Shown in pieces: positions 13,640 to 24,166 of a DNA stretch of 64,000 nt. How positions within the stretch are numbered: position 1 is the stretch's first letter; every line of letters starts with the position of its first letter. Where the stretch lies: contig JBNJNM010000013.1 in the NCBI GenBank assembly GCA_052426225.1, positions 1,054,001 to 1,118,000 on the forward strand, in the 5' to 3' direction. The position numbers were made by a program, and so were the translations under genes. The DNA comes from Zancudomyces culisetae HAW-14-8 (Eukaryota; Fungi; Kickxellomycota). A model generated the notes under the pieces. The model had not been told where the DNA came from, did not search any database, and was given only the letters and a program-made list of their open reading frames with translations.

Positions 13640-16600
13640 CTATGGGTTGAGACCAAGTTGGGCGATTTCAGGAAATTCGACAGGATTTTTAGCAAGGAAA
13701 TTGCTGGGAAGGGAGTACTTTTTGGTGTTTATGGTCTTGCTTTTTCGTTTTTTGGAAAAGCTGGCAGATTGGGAGTGTAGGGAGGAACGGTCAGAAGGAA
13801 CAACAAAATTGTTGATTGAAAGGTCAACGTGAGTGTCAGATGATAAAGCGGCAGGGGAAGGGTTGGTGGAGTTAGAAGAATGAACAAAATTTGATAGAGA
13901 GGTAAAAGTTGGAGATTCAGGGTCGGGTGATGGTACAGGGGAGGGCTGGAGAGGATGGAAAGTAGAAAGGGATTTGGAGGGTTGATTGGTGGGAAACAAG
14001 TCTGGTAGCTGGGACGAAGACATTCCAGAGACATAAGAGTGACATTTAGGAGTGGATCGAGATGGAGAAAGAGAAAGGGAGGTAGAAATGATAAGCTGGC
14101 TATTTCTTTCGGGAGAGTTGTAAAGAGGAGAATGAGAAGCGACAGATCTGCGGAGAAGAGTAGAATCAATATTTTGAATAGCGCCTCTGGCATCAGCCAA
14201 AGAAAGCTGGACAGGAGAGGAGCAGTTGTTGGCAAGGGGAGCTGGGGCGGAGATGAGGTTTTCTGAACGGCGCTTAAGTTGAGTACGGAGCCCAGCGTTT
14301 AGAGCCGAGCTTAGAGTATTTGCAGAAGGATGCTCAACGACTGCACTTCTTGGAGAAAAGTTGAAGGAAATGTAGTTGTTGTCCTGAGGGTCGGCGCCTG
14401 GGAGAGCAGCGTTGGAGGGACTGGGAGTCTTTGTGGCCAACGACTTGAGTTCGTCAGAGTGGAATGAGTGGCTGCGGAGAACATCAATCCACGACGGATC
14501 GGCATCGGCTAGCCACTGCTTGAGCGAGACAGCTTCTTGGTATGAGGCGACCAGCTTCAGCTCCAGCACCTTTTCCAAGAAATCGAGACATCCAGGATCG
14601 GCTTTGATAGTTGGGGTGGTTTTGGGGTCGAGAATGCGGTCTTTGTTCCGCATTAAAAACGTGGCACGCTGTGAAGCAGTGAATGGGATGTGAGTTTGCA
14701 AAGATTCAGGTGGTTTTGGAGGGAAAACGACATCCGTGTGCAGCACTAGAGTGTATAGGATGCGGGTGGAAATGCGAAGAGTAGCGCAGAAAATGAGGGT
14801 AAGGTTGGAAAGAGTCATTTTGTTTATTTTTGAGTAGAAGTTGACCCGAGCCAAGTGTCTAGAGATCCACTCCAGCAGAGCATAGTTGGCAGGAGGAAGC
14901 CGTGCCATAAGTTTGGCTAGCTCGACTCGCCACTCGCTTCTGGTTTTGATAAACGAATAATCAGCTGCAGGAAGCTCGGAACAGGCTGGAGATGGCGAGG
15001 CTGGGTTCGCTGCGTTAAGCATTTGTGAGAGTAGTCCAAGCTCTTCAAATTTGGCATTGTGGTGGTTGATCTCGTTTTCTTCTTTGGTTGTTGCCACAGG
15101 ATGCGCCTGTTCCAACTGCCGAAACTGTGCAGCCAGTGCATTTGTTAGCAGCGATTCAGGCAAGTCGCGTAGATACATTTTAAACAGCGTCGACACTGTG
15201 TTGACATCGCATTTCGCTTTCAACAGGTTGATGTCGCGTCCAAACACAAACATGTTTTTCAGGTTTGTCACTGCTCTGAATCCTCCAGAAACCCGATGGA
15301 TTCCTACCTCTTTCAGCCCCACACTCTCCAGCACCTCTATACACCTCACCACCACCGCCGGTAGTGGAACCTTCGGTAGAAGCATTGATCTCTTCACTGC
15401 CTCCTCCAGCGGCCGCCCAAAAACACTCATCGCCGACTCCTCCATTCCTACTCCCCCTGCCGTACTGCCCTCTCTAATACTGTTTCCTCCGCTGCTACCC
15501 TTTTCGCGCTGCTCTCCAAACGACTGCTCGGACACATTGTCGCTTTTGTCTGCTGCTGTTGCCAGCCCTGAATAGTTCAGTCTATATATTTCTCTATCCG
15601 ACTCGCTGAACGTCCTTCCCCCGTTTTTCTTCTCAGCTTTTCCTAGCGCAACCAAAAGCTTGTTTGTCCTTTTCGCCCCGTCCTTGAGCTTCGACGAATT
15701 GGATTCCGCACTGCTTGAAAGCACTGACTTGGAATCAACCTGTTTCTCCTGAATCACAATCCGATTCATAATCTCCCCCTTTTGATACATCGTTGACTCT
15801 GTCTTTCTCTGTTTACCTTGAACCCTCTTGTTTTCCTCCATCGTAAATGACCACGCCCTATTCTTACTTATAACATCAAAGATTCCTCCTCCCCAAAACG
15901 ACGTTGCTCCTCCAGTTTTATCTTTATATCCTTTCGCTCCTTTACCCCTTCCTTCATCGTATATATCATCGTAACTCTCTACGTCTATGCTCGTTCCAAA
16001 GTCCAATGCATATTCCCATCCCGTCGTGCTTCCATTCTTTTTTATATACTCTTGTAACCTTTCTTCATACTCCTCAATCAACTCTTTAAACCTTGGTGGT
16101 TTTGGCTCTTCCATCATCTCCCCCTCACTTTTTGACTTCGTCGCATCGTTCTCGCTCTTTTCATCTTTGGCTCCCTCTCCAGTTTCTACCTCTACTGTCT
16201 TGTCTGTACTCGCACGCTTCCCATCTTTACCTCGCTCATTATTGAAATATGACTCTACATCTGTCTTTGCCTTCATCCCAATTAAAACGTCGTCGCCTAT
16301 AAAAAACGTATCTGATCGTCCCCGCAAATTTCCCTCCAGTCCTTTTTCTTGCTCTATACTTACTCTGCTATCAACTACTTTACTATCTGGCACGCCCACC
16401 CCCACTCCCACCTCAACTTTGGTTTCTGATCCTTCTCTGTTTTCCTCAACACCCACTTCCTGAATTTCCTCTACTACATCTCCACTATCCTCATCCTTGC
16501 TTTCTTTCTGCAAAGTTACATCCTCATCTTTTGTTTCTTTGGTGTCTAACACCACTTCTTCTTCTTCAGACTTCATACCCAACCCTCCCTCTCCTCCTTT

Positions 16601-17626
16601 TTCTTTTTCTTTTCCTTTTTCTACATCCGAGCCTCTATAAAAGCTATCATCACCCAACCAATCCTCTTCCCCCACCATCTTAGCTTCCTTTTTTTGAACA
16701 GCTTTGTTATTGATCCTATTTCTCCCAACATATCTCCTGTCAATCTGTGACGGTTTTGAAAGGTTCGGTATTTTTCGCTTGGTTTTTACCTTTGTCACCA
16801 TTACGTCCCCTGTTTTCTGTAAGCTTACAGTTGCTTGTGATAACGTTGAATTGTCACGCCAGTCATCCTTCCTCTTGCCCTCGTTCAGATCAATGAGACT
16901 TGAGGCAAAATTCAGGTTCAACCCCTCCAGTCCTTCTAGCATTTTTGCATACTCGCTTTCATTATCTGTTGCTGCCGACTCGTGTCCAAAGTCTATTTCT
17001 GGAATAGGCACATCCAGGAACGCTCTTCTTGGCTCCTCCACATCCACCTGCACCTCCATATCCGCCTCCACATCCACATCCACATCCACATCCACATCCT
17101 CTTCTTCTACCTCAGTCCCTAAATGAACGCTCGATTCGTTTGCATCCTTTTGTTCATAAGTGGTTTTTACATTACTCTGGTGTAATTTTTTGAATTGATC
17201 CTCCGATTCTCCCATATTCTCTTTGCTTTTGTACTGTTTGTCTCGCCACTTATATCCCCTAAACAATGCCTTTGTAATCGCTTTTCCCGCCTTCAGCCCA
17301 ACACTTTTCGTCTTATTTTTACTATTCTTATCTCCTACCTTTTCCTTTTCCCTGCTCCACTCTCTACTATTACCAAGCCTCTCCCAGCTTTTTCTTGTTA
17401 AAACATTCCTACTTTTACCACTTTGGCTGCTCCTATCATTCCCCGTTGTTTCTATACTTTCATTACACTTTATGCTTTCTGCTCCATTACTTAAAAATAC
17501 ATTTGACTTGGTTATAGGATCTGTACCGGCTACTGACACTACAGCCTTGTTCACTTCCATTTCGTATACAGTATTATCTTCTTTTCCAGACATTTCGATT
17601 CTATCTTTACTTTTTATACTCAACAT
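13640..17626 (-). CDS. Large single-exon Rho GTPase-activating protein (RhoGAP domain ~15430-14725, RalBP1-like) with low-complexity flanks
   Basis: SVFGRPLEEAV...LPAVVVRCIEVLESVGLKEVGIHRVSG (arginine finger retained), DVNTVSTLFKMYLRDLPESLLT, LPPANYALLEWISRHLARV...NKMTLSNLTLIF. Confidence 0.9.
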   Translation of the reverse strand: MLSIKSKDRIEMSGKEDNTVYEMEVNKAVVSVAGTDPITKSNVFLSNGAESIKCNESIETTGNDRSSQSGKSRNVLTRKSWERLGNSREWSREKEKVGDKNSKNKTKSVGLKAGKAITKALFRGYKWRDKQYKSKENMGESEDQFKKLHQSNVKTTYEQKDANESSVHLGTEVEEEDVDVDVDVDVEADMEVQVDVEEPRRAFLDVPIPEIDFGHESAATDNESEYAKMLEGLEGLNLNFASSLIDLNEGKRKDDWRDNSTLSQATVSLQKTGDVMVTKVKTKRKIPNLSKPSQIDRRYVGRNRINNKAVQKKEAKMVGEEDWLGDDSFYRGSDVEKGKEKEKGGEGGLGMKSEEEEVVLDTKETKDEDVTLQKESKDEDSGDVVEEIQEVGVEENREGSETKVEVGVGVGVPDSKVVDSRVSIEQEKGLEGNLRGRSDTFFIGDDVLIGMKAKTDVESYFNNERGKDGKRASTDKTVEVETGEGAKDEKSENDATKSKSEGEMMEEPKPPRFKELIEEYEERLQEYIKKNGSTTGWEYALDFGTSIDVESYDDIYDEGRGKGAKGYKDKTGGATSFWGGGIFDVISKNRAWSFTMEENKRVQGKQRKTESTMYQKGEIMNRIVIQEKQVDSKSVLSSSAESNSSKLKDGAKRTNKLLVALGKAEKKNGGRTFSESDREIYRLNYSGLATAADKSDNVSEQSFGEQREKGSSGGNSIREGSTAGGVGMEESAMSVFGRPLEEAVKRSMLLPKVPLPAVVVRCIEVLESVGLKEVGIHRVSGGFRAVTNLKNMFVFGRDINLLKAKCDVNTVSTLFKMYLRDLPESLLTNALAAQFRQLEQAHPVATTKEENEINHHNAKFEELGLLSQMLNAANPASPSPACSELPAADYSFIKTRSEWRVELAKLMARLPPANYALLEWISRHLARVNFYSKINKMTLSNLTLIFCATLRISTRILYTLVLHTDVVFPPKPPESLQTHIPFTASQRATFLMRNKDRILDPKTTPTIKADPGCLDFLEKVLELKLVASYQEAVSLKQWLADADPSWIDVLRSHSFHSDELKSLATKTPSPSNAALPGADPQDNNYISFNFSPRSAVVEHPSANTLSSALNAGLRTQLKRRSENLISAPAPLANNCSSPVQLSLADARGAIQNIDSTLLRRSVASHSPLYNSPERNSQLIISTSLSLSPSRSTPKCHSYVSGMSSSQLPDLFPTNQPSKSLSTFHPLQPSPVPSPDPESPTFTSLSNFVHSSNSTNPSPAALSSDTHVDLSINNFVVPSDRSSLHSQSASFSKKRKSKTINTKKYSLPSNFLAKNPVEFPEIAQLGLNP

Positions 17627-20600
17627 TACTTATTCTTTTGTCGTTGTTTTTTTTTTGTGTTGACTGTTATGTTTATCAATTACTCAAAATCTCTCTGGTT
17701 TCTTATAAAAAGAGAGAAAAAAGCCTTTAATAAGCACTTTAACACATGAATTTAACTATTGTTCCTTTACATTACCAACACACACCAAATACACTCAAAA
17801 CAAACTCCACTGAAATTTGAATTCAATTTGCCCGCGTTACTGTAACAGATACCCCTATAATCACTGGTATTGTTACTATTAGTATTATACTACAGACTTT
17901 TTTCGTCTTTTTGCCGAGATGTTGAAATTAAAATTACATGTATATTACAAGTTCCCACATCAATACTACCGTTTATGGTCCTAGTGTTGCTGCTACCGTT
18001 GTGTTGTATTACACTATCAATATGTGTCGCTTTACTATTACTGTTATCTTTTGATTCTTTGCTTGACAAAAGGAGCCGACTTGTACCATTTGCTTTTATT
18101 GAAAAACAAGACAACTATATCGTTACAAATCTATATACAAATATGTGCAAGAATATTACTTTTTTTAACACTTAACTCTATAAAGTATCTATGAAGGTAT
18201 TACAATATGCTTTGCATTTTTTTTCTGCAATAGCTTTATATTACTTTTATCCTCCTTTTAGCTATATTCTTAATGTAATTGTTATAGGTAGAATGGTTAT
18301 ATTTTTCTTACAGTGTCTATTTTACCCACTTTTATTTTTTTTATTTATTTTTATTTTTGGGACTTTTTAATGATGAAAACTGTTGTGATTTACAAAATTT
18401 GCTAATATCCTTGTAAATTGTAACTTTAATTTAGTTTTAACCTCAGCTTTGCGACTTTTTTTATTTTTCATTCAATATTTTACTGCAATATTCATCTATA
18501 TGCATTTATTTTCTGTTTTGAAATGCATTCTATAAATATCAATGGTAAAACTTGCTTACATTGATTATTCTCCTTTTTTTCTAATTCGAAGATAGTGTTC
18601 AAACACTAAATCTCAGCAATTAGCCTTTTTTCAATTCAATTTAAATTTGGGAAAATACTTTTAAATGAAATGGTAATTAAAAAAATAACATTCCTGCCAT
18701 TATGTGGACAGCATATAAAGGCAATTCACTATAACAATCCATATTCTGGATTTTCACCCGAATTGCCATACTCAATTGTATACAAACTATCTACATACAT
18801 ATACACACAACGCCCAACACAATGCCAGATCCTCTTCTCTAATTGTTTCACTGTTTTACCAAGAGAAACTTCCCTAATAGTGCTAGCTGGAAGTAGACCT
18901 TACTTTTCTGCAGTATAATTTAATTCCCACATGACACTTTTTTTTTCATTTAATCCCGCTGCCAACATTTAAACAGTTGTACTATTCGTATCGTGGTTCA
19001 TTGAAAGCTTCTTGATTTTCTTTTTACCCTACTTGCTGGGAGGCACATTTTCGGCTTATCTGTACTAAATGATTGTTGGATGATATCCAAAAAAATGTAC
19101 ATTTTTTGCATTTTTGCATTTCCTACATATGTTGTACATTTGCCCTCATCATATTGTATTATTCTTTATTTTTCCTTTCATCCTTCTTCAATACACCTTT
19201 CACCTTGCACCACCCATTCTTTTTGCATCCTCTCTTCCTTACTTCCCATCCCCAACCCACCCTTTTCACCCTTCCACTCTTCCACTCTTCCATCACTCAT
19301 CTTTTTTTTTCGTTTTCATTTCCGAGCTGGCGGGTCCAGTGCAAATCTGATCATGAAACTTTTTTAATAAACGTTTATGGCTTTTGTAACCGTCACTTAT
19401 GTAAATCCGATTAGTTAGTACAGGCACATGGAGCGCAAAAACAAACCCGTCTCTGTATTATGGTTGCGTTTAGTCATGAGAACTGGAGAATGCCGTCACA
19501 TTCTCTGGGTTTCCTTCTTTTTTTTTGTTTTGTTTTGCTTTGTTTATTGTAAACTAATTTATGTTATACCAAATGATAATAAAAATGTAAATGAATGAAT
19601 TCGGGGCCAGTATTATTAATGAAAATTGAGTATATCACATTTACCTTATACTTTTTCCCTTGGTGTCACTTTTTCCTCATTAAACCCCTTTGAAGCACTA
19701 CACATGCAGTATTGGCAACAGTGTTGCAACATACACACTTAGGTACAGCACACACGTGCATGTATACACCCTACATATCCATACTTTGTCATACAAATCT
19801 AGATCTTCATTTTCTACTTTTGCAAACAGGACATTTAGCTATTATATTCATCCAGGGTGGGTTCCATCCAGTATAGTGATTAGAGCCGGATGATGATTTA
19901 ACCATTACTTTCTCTGGGTTATAGAAAAAAGCAACAGGCTTTGCTATGTTATGTTATGTTTAGTTAAAATACCACAAATAACAGTTCAACATCTAGGAGA
20001 TAATAAATTTGTTTTTCCCAAATTGTTTGTTGGATTGTATACATTCAAGTGTATCTATAAAGCTGATTTAGTCACTAAATTTATAATTTATAATTTATAA
20101 TGTTTACCATTTCATCTCTGCTTTAAATCTGCCTTTTCTTCATTTCCCTTCCCTTCCCTTCCCCCAACAATCTATTTGAAAAACTCATTTTACCACTTAT
20201 TCACAATAAAGGAAAACAAAAAAAAGAAATAAAATCAACTGAAATGGCAGCCATACACATCTAATCCATCCTCTTATAGGCTACATACTACCTTCCTTAC
20301 CTTATCTCCACTGTATTTTTGGTCATCACAGTTTATTTGCATTTACATCTCCCATATCCACTTCCCAACAAACATTGGTTAGCTAAACAGGGACATTCAT
20401 TTTTACCTAATTAGTTTACTGAGAAAAAAATAATGTTACCTTTTGAAAATGATGCTACTATGAGACCAAATCTTCGATACTTTTTTTTATTGCTTCTTTT
20501 TTTTTTCATCAGAACTTTACTCAACATCAGAACTGATTTTATTCTGTAATTAGAATATCACAAGACTATGTGGCATAATCAAGCCAATATTTTACAAGAA

Positions 20601-22187
20601 GTTTGGGCAAGGTAAAAAGCGGGGCTTATTTATATTAGCCTAACGCCAATATCATTGCAAAATCCAACTACCTTTACACAATTTACCCTATACTATCATA
20701 TATTATCCTATATTATCCTATCGTATTGTATATGATACATCTTATATCACACAGGATATTCTCTGCATAAAGTGCTCCAAGCTGTAGATTGGTGTATTAG
20801 CTAATATGTTCTTTTTCTGTTTTCTTTTTTCTTAAGACCCGATGATTCAAAAACCATCAAAATAACTTTACCCTTCATACATTTCTCTATTTTAGAGAAA
20901 TGTAGCGTAGATTGCAGAGATGCTTAAATGATACTACTATCCTTTATACCACTATTATTTTTGGATTTCAAATTGTTGCAAATCAACTGGAGATGGAGCA
21001 TCAAATATAAAAAAGCCCCTAATTCGAAATCATTTCCAAGATTGATATTTTACCTGATTATGTAATCCAATCCTTTTTTGTTTGTTCGAAAAAACAAAAA
21101 AAAAACAAAATAAAGTCCCAATTTATCTCATCAAAGCCACCATAAATATCCAAACTCCTTTACACAATATCAATTTCACATAAATGCAAAATACCCAAAC
21201 CCTGATATGAAAATTACACTCATGTATCTTCATGTCACAATTTAATCTTTTTTTCTTCTCTCAAAATCCTCTCTTCCAAAAACACAGCCATTTAGAAGAG
21301 AAAAAGCGCCTCGTCCGAAATGTGTAAGTCATTCACTTTTAATTATAAAAATACGCCTTATACCGAATTATGGCATGATGGAATCTACATAGCCAAATCT
21401 TAAAAACAAAATCAACAGCTAGGATCCCATGTTTTGTTTGATTTGTATTGCACTTTTACAATAAAACACTTGGTGATTGATCGGGCCGGCTATTTACTTG
21501 AATGGATCTCTGTAGTCGGCTTCCTTAGCTGCAATTATTTAGAAAACCAAGCCTTTTAAGCCAACCCAATTAAATCAATTTATCAAGTGGTATTGCGAGA
21601 ATGTTTGTGAGCAAAGGCAAAAATGTATGCATAAACACTGTACCAGATCCAAGGAAAGCCCTTGGATATTTACTCAGGAGTTTATTGTTTTTTGCCTCTC
21701 CCTTCATACTCAGCCTCTTGACGCCCTTGATTATAACCTATCGGTGGTTATATCTCCTAGGAGTCAATTGAAGGTTGCAAAGCTACAGGCTCTGGTTTTT
21801 TTATATAATTGGCTGAGTTTTGTGATTGTGATTATGAATAATTGATTAGCAATACTGACCCTTAGGAATATAACACAAGACATTTAGTACTTGTTCCACT
21901 GAATATAACTCTAATATACACTATCTCTGAAAGTTTATAGTTGTATACGCTGAGGGAAGGAGGGAATGCGATCAGTAAGATGTTTCCAATGAATCAGGCA
22001 ACTAGGCTCATGTGTACAGAAGATTGGAGTTGGATAATGATCAAAAACACTGGAATGTGCATCGATAAACGCGTTTTGGTTTACAGGTTTTTTATTAAAA
22101 CTCCAAGATGAAATGACTGAGAAAAATTATGTACGAAACTTGGAATATAAATTAAAAAACCAAAAAACTCGTCGTTATTGATACAAT

Positions 22188-24166
22188 CTATTTTAAGTAT
22201 AAAGATACCTCGTTATCAGAGATGTCACGCTCGGTCACTTCAACATCATTAAGATTCATGGCTTTGACTTCCGGCTCTCTAAGCTTGCAATTCAAGATAT
22301 CTCTCAAAGTATATGTAGGAAAAGAAAGTACATGGTCTATTGGCGTATTCAGAATCAACAGGTAATTGATAATTTCTTTTTCCGTTAGGCTTTGCTCCAA
22401 AATCTCCTTAGAGGTCTTAATTAGAATTTTCTGCAACTTTTTCTGCAATTCTGAGTTAGAAATCGCATTCATTATCCTGCTATTTATTAGCTCTGTTCTT
22501 TTCTTTCGCAACTCTTGATATTTAATAAAAGTTTTTGGTTTTATATTTGAAATCAATGGTCCACAATAAGCGTGTTCCAAATCACCACTATCATCAGAAT
22601 CTGTTGTGCTGTGATTCAGTATACAATCACTGCATGTTTCTGACGTCTTTCGCTTTCCGGTAGAACCATTTTTTGCAGTAGCCTCTTCATTACAGGCACA
22701 ACACACATGCGTTCTTTTGTAATTCACGAAATATTCGTTTGAATTTTCGATTTTGGACACGTCACAACTGCTATCTTGGAATTTTTCCAAGCCAGCTTCC
22801 ACTCCAGCTTCTGGGTGAAGCTGTTCTTTATCTGCAAACGCAATCGATATTTTTAACAGTCTTTCTATTATTGACATCACATCGCTTTTCGTTGAAATAT
22901 TACCAAAAATTGCTCTTTGATTGTTTGCCAATTCCATAAGTTTAGCTAAAAATTCATTTTTGTACTTTTTGATTGTGCTAACCGATGAATGACAAATATC
23001 GCTCAAAATTTCAACCAGCAAGCTTTCCATCTTGTTCGAAAAGTATTTTTGGGTACTGCTCTTTTTCATTCTATCTACATGCATAATAGAAATAAAGACA
23101 GATGCACCAACAATAGCCAGTTTGTTCCCATAAGAGGTTAAGCAGCCATTTTTCATGATATATATTATTTCTGATGAAAGTCTAATAACCCTTTGTAGTT
23201 CTTCTTTGGGTAGTAAATCTTTGATCAGGACGCTCAATTCTACAAGCTGCTCGAGTGATTCAATCCTCTTGTTTATTTCCACATGTTTATCGTCACAAAT
23301 GATATCAACGTATCCCTCCTTGATTTTAGTAAGCTCATTCTCGATCTGTTTGCTGAGCTGGTCTGTTTTCAATCTTGCAAGTATTTTCCCCACCACATCC
23401 AGTATCGTAGGTGATACAGCCACCCTTGTTGCTGGTAGACGCAAACTCTCCTTTACTTTTTTGTAAACAGCTCCTAGTGCAAATACAGTGACGTTCATAT
23501 GCATTGCAAAATGAACTAGTTCCACAGGAATATTTTCCTCTTTTGCACTTATGAACAGACATGCTGCACCAACCATACCCCCTTCTTCGCCAAATTTAAA
23601 AAACCTTTTGTCCTTGAAAGACTTTTTCATAGTTTGTTGAACTAAATAGTAAGCTCTCCCGACATGTTTTTGTAAATGAAGCACCCTCGCCAGCCCTGAA
23701 ATTACCCTGAAAATCGCCCTCTACCAATATAAATTAATATTTATAGTCAAAGTTTGAACTAGTAACTCAATTTTGAATGAGAGATAAGAAATTAACAAGA
23801 TTTTACCATTCCACTTTCAATGTAGCCTCCAACCAATTCTCTATTTGCTGGAACCTTGGAGCTTCTTTCTTTTCGATTTTGACTGCCGGGAACCGGTTCA
23901 TTTCCTTTTGAACGCAATATATTATCACGTTTTTTGCCAGAGCTGGAACTGCTCCATCCCCAAACCGTTAACTTTTGATAACCGGCTTTGGGTCGACTGT
24001 AAAGACCCAAAAAGTTGGCTCCATCGGTATTAAATTCAAGTCCAGTTTTATTCTCTGTTTCAAATCGAAAAGTCTCGGCAACAATGCCACAGTTGCTGCA
24101 ACTTCCGCTTTCCTCGTCGTATGTTTCGTTAAGGTTTAGCTTACATCCTTGACAATAGGATGCCAT
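22188..24166 (-). CDS. TFIIB-related factor (BRF family, BRF2-like) RNA Pol III initiation factor; exons 24166-23807 and 23720-22188
   Basis: N-terminal Zn ribbon CQGC...CSNCGIV. Cyclin-fold repeats GAACLFISAKEENIPVELVHFAMHMNVTVFALGAVYKKV and AIVGASVFIS. C-terminal DISDNEVSLYLK. The GT-AG intron joins the two ORFs in frame. Confidence 0.75.

Noticed and set aside
14039-17663. Many overlapping antisense or alternative-frame ORFs over the RhoGAP (also over SMC3 and the kinesin)
   Set aside because: Shadow ORFs produced by biased composition of the real CDS.
19884-19920. gccggatgatga resembling a tRNA-Sec 5' end or a snoRNA C box
   Set aside because: No cloverleaf or anticodon arm, and no nearby D box with a terminal stem.
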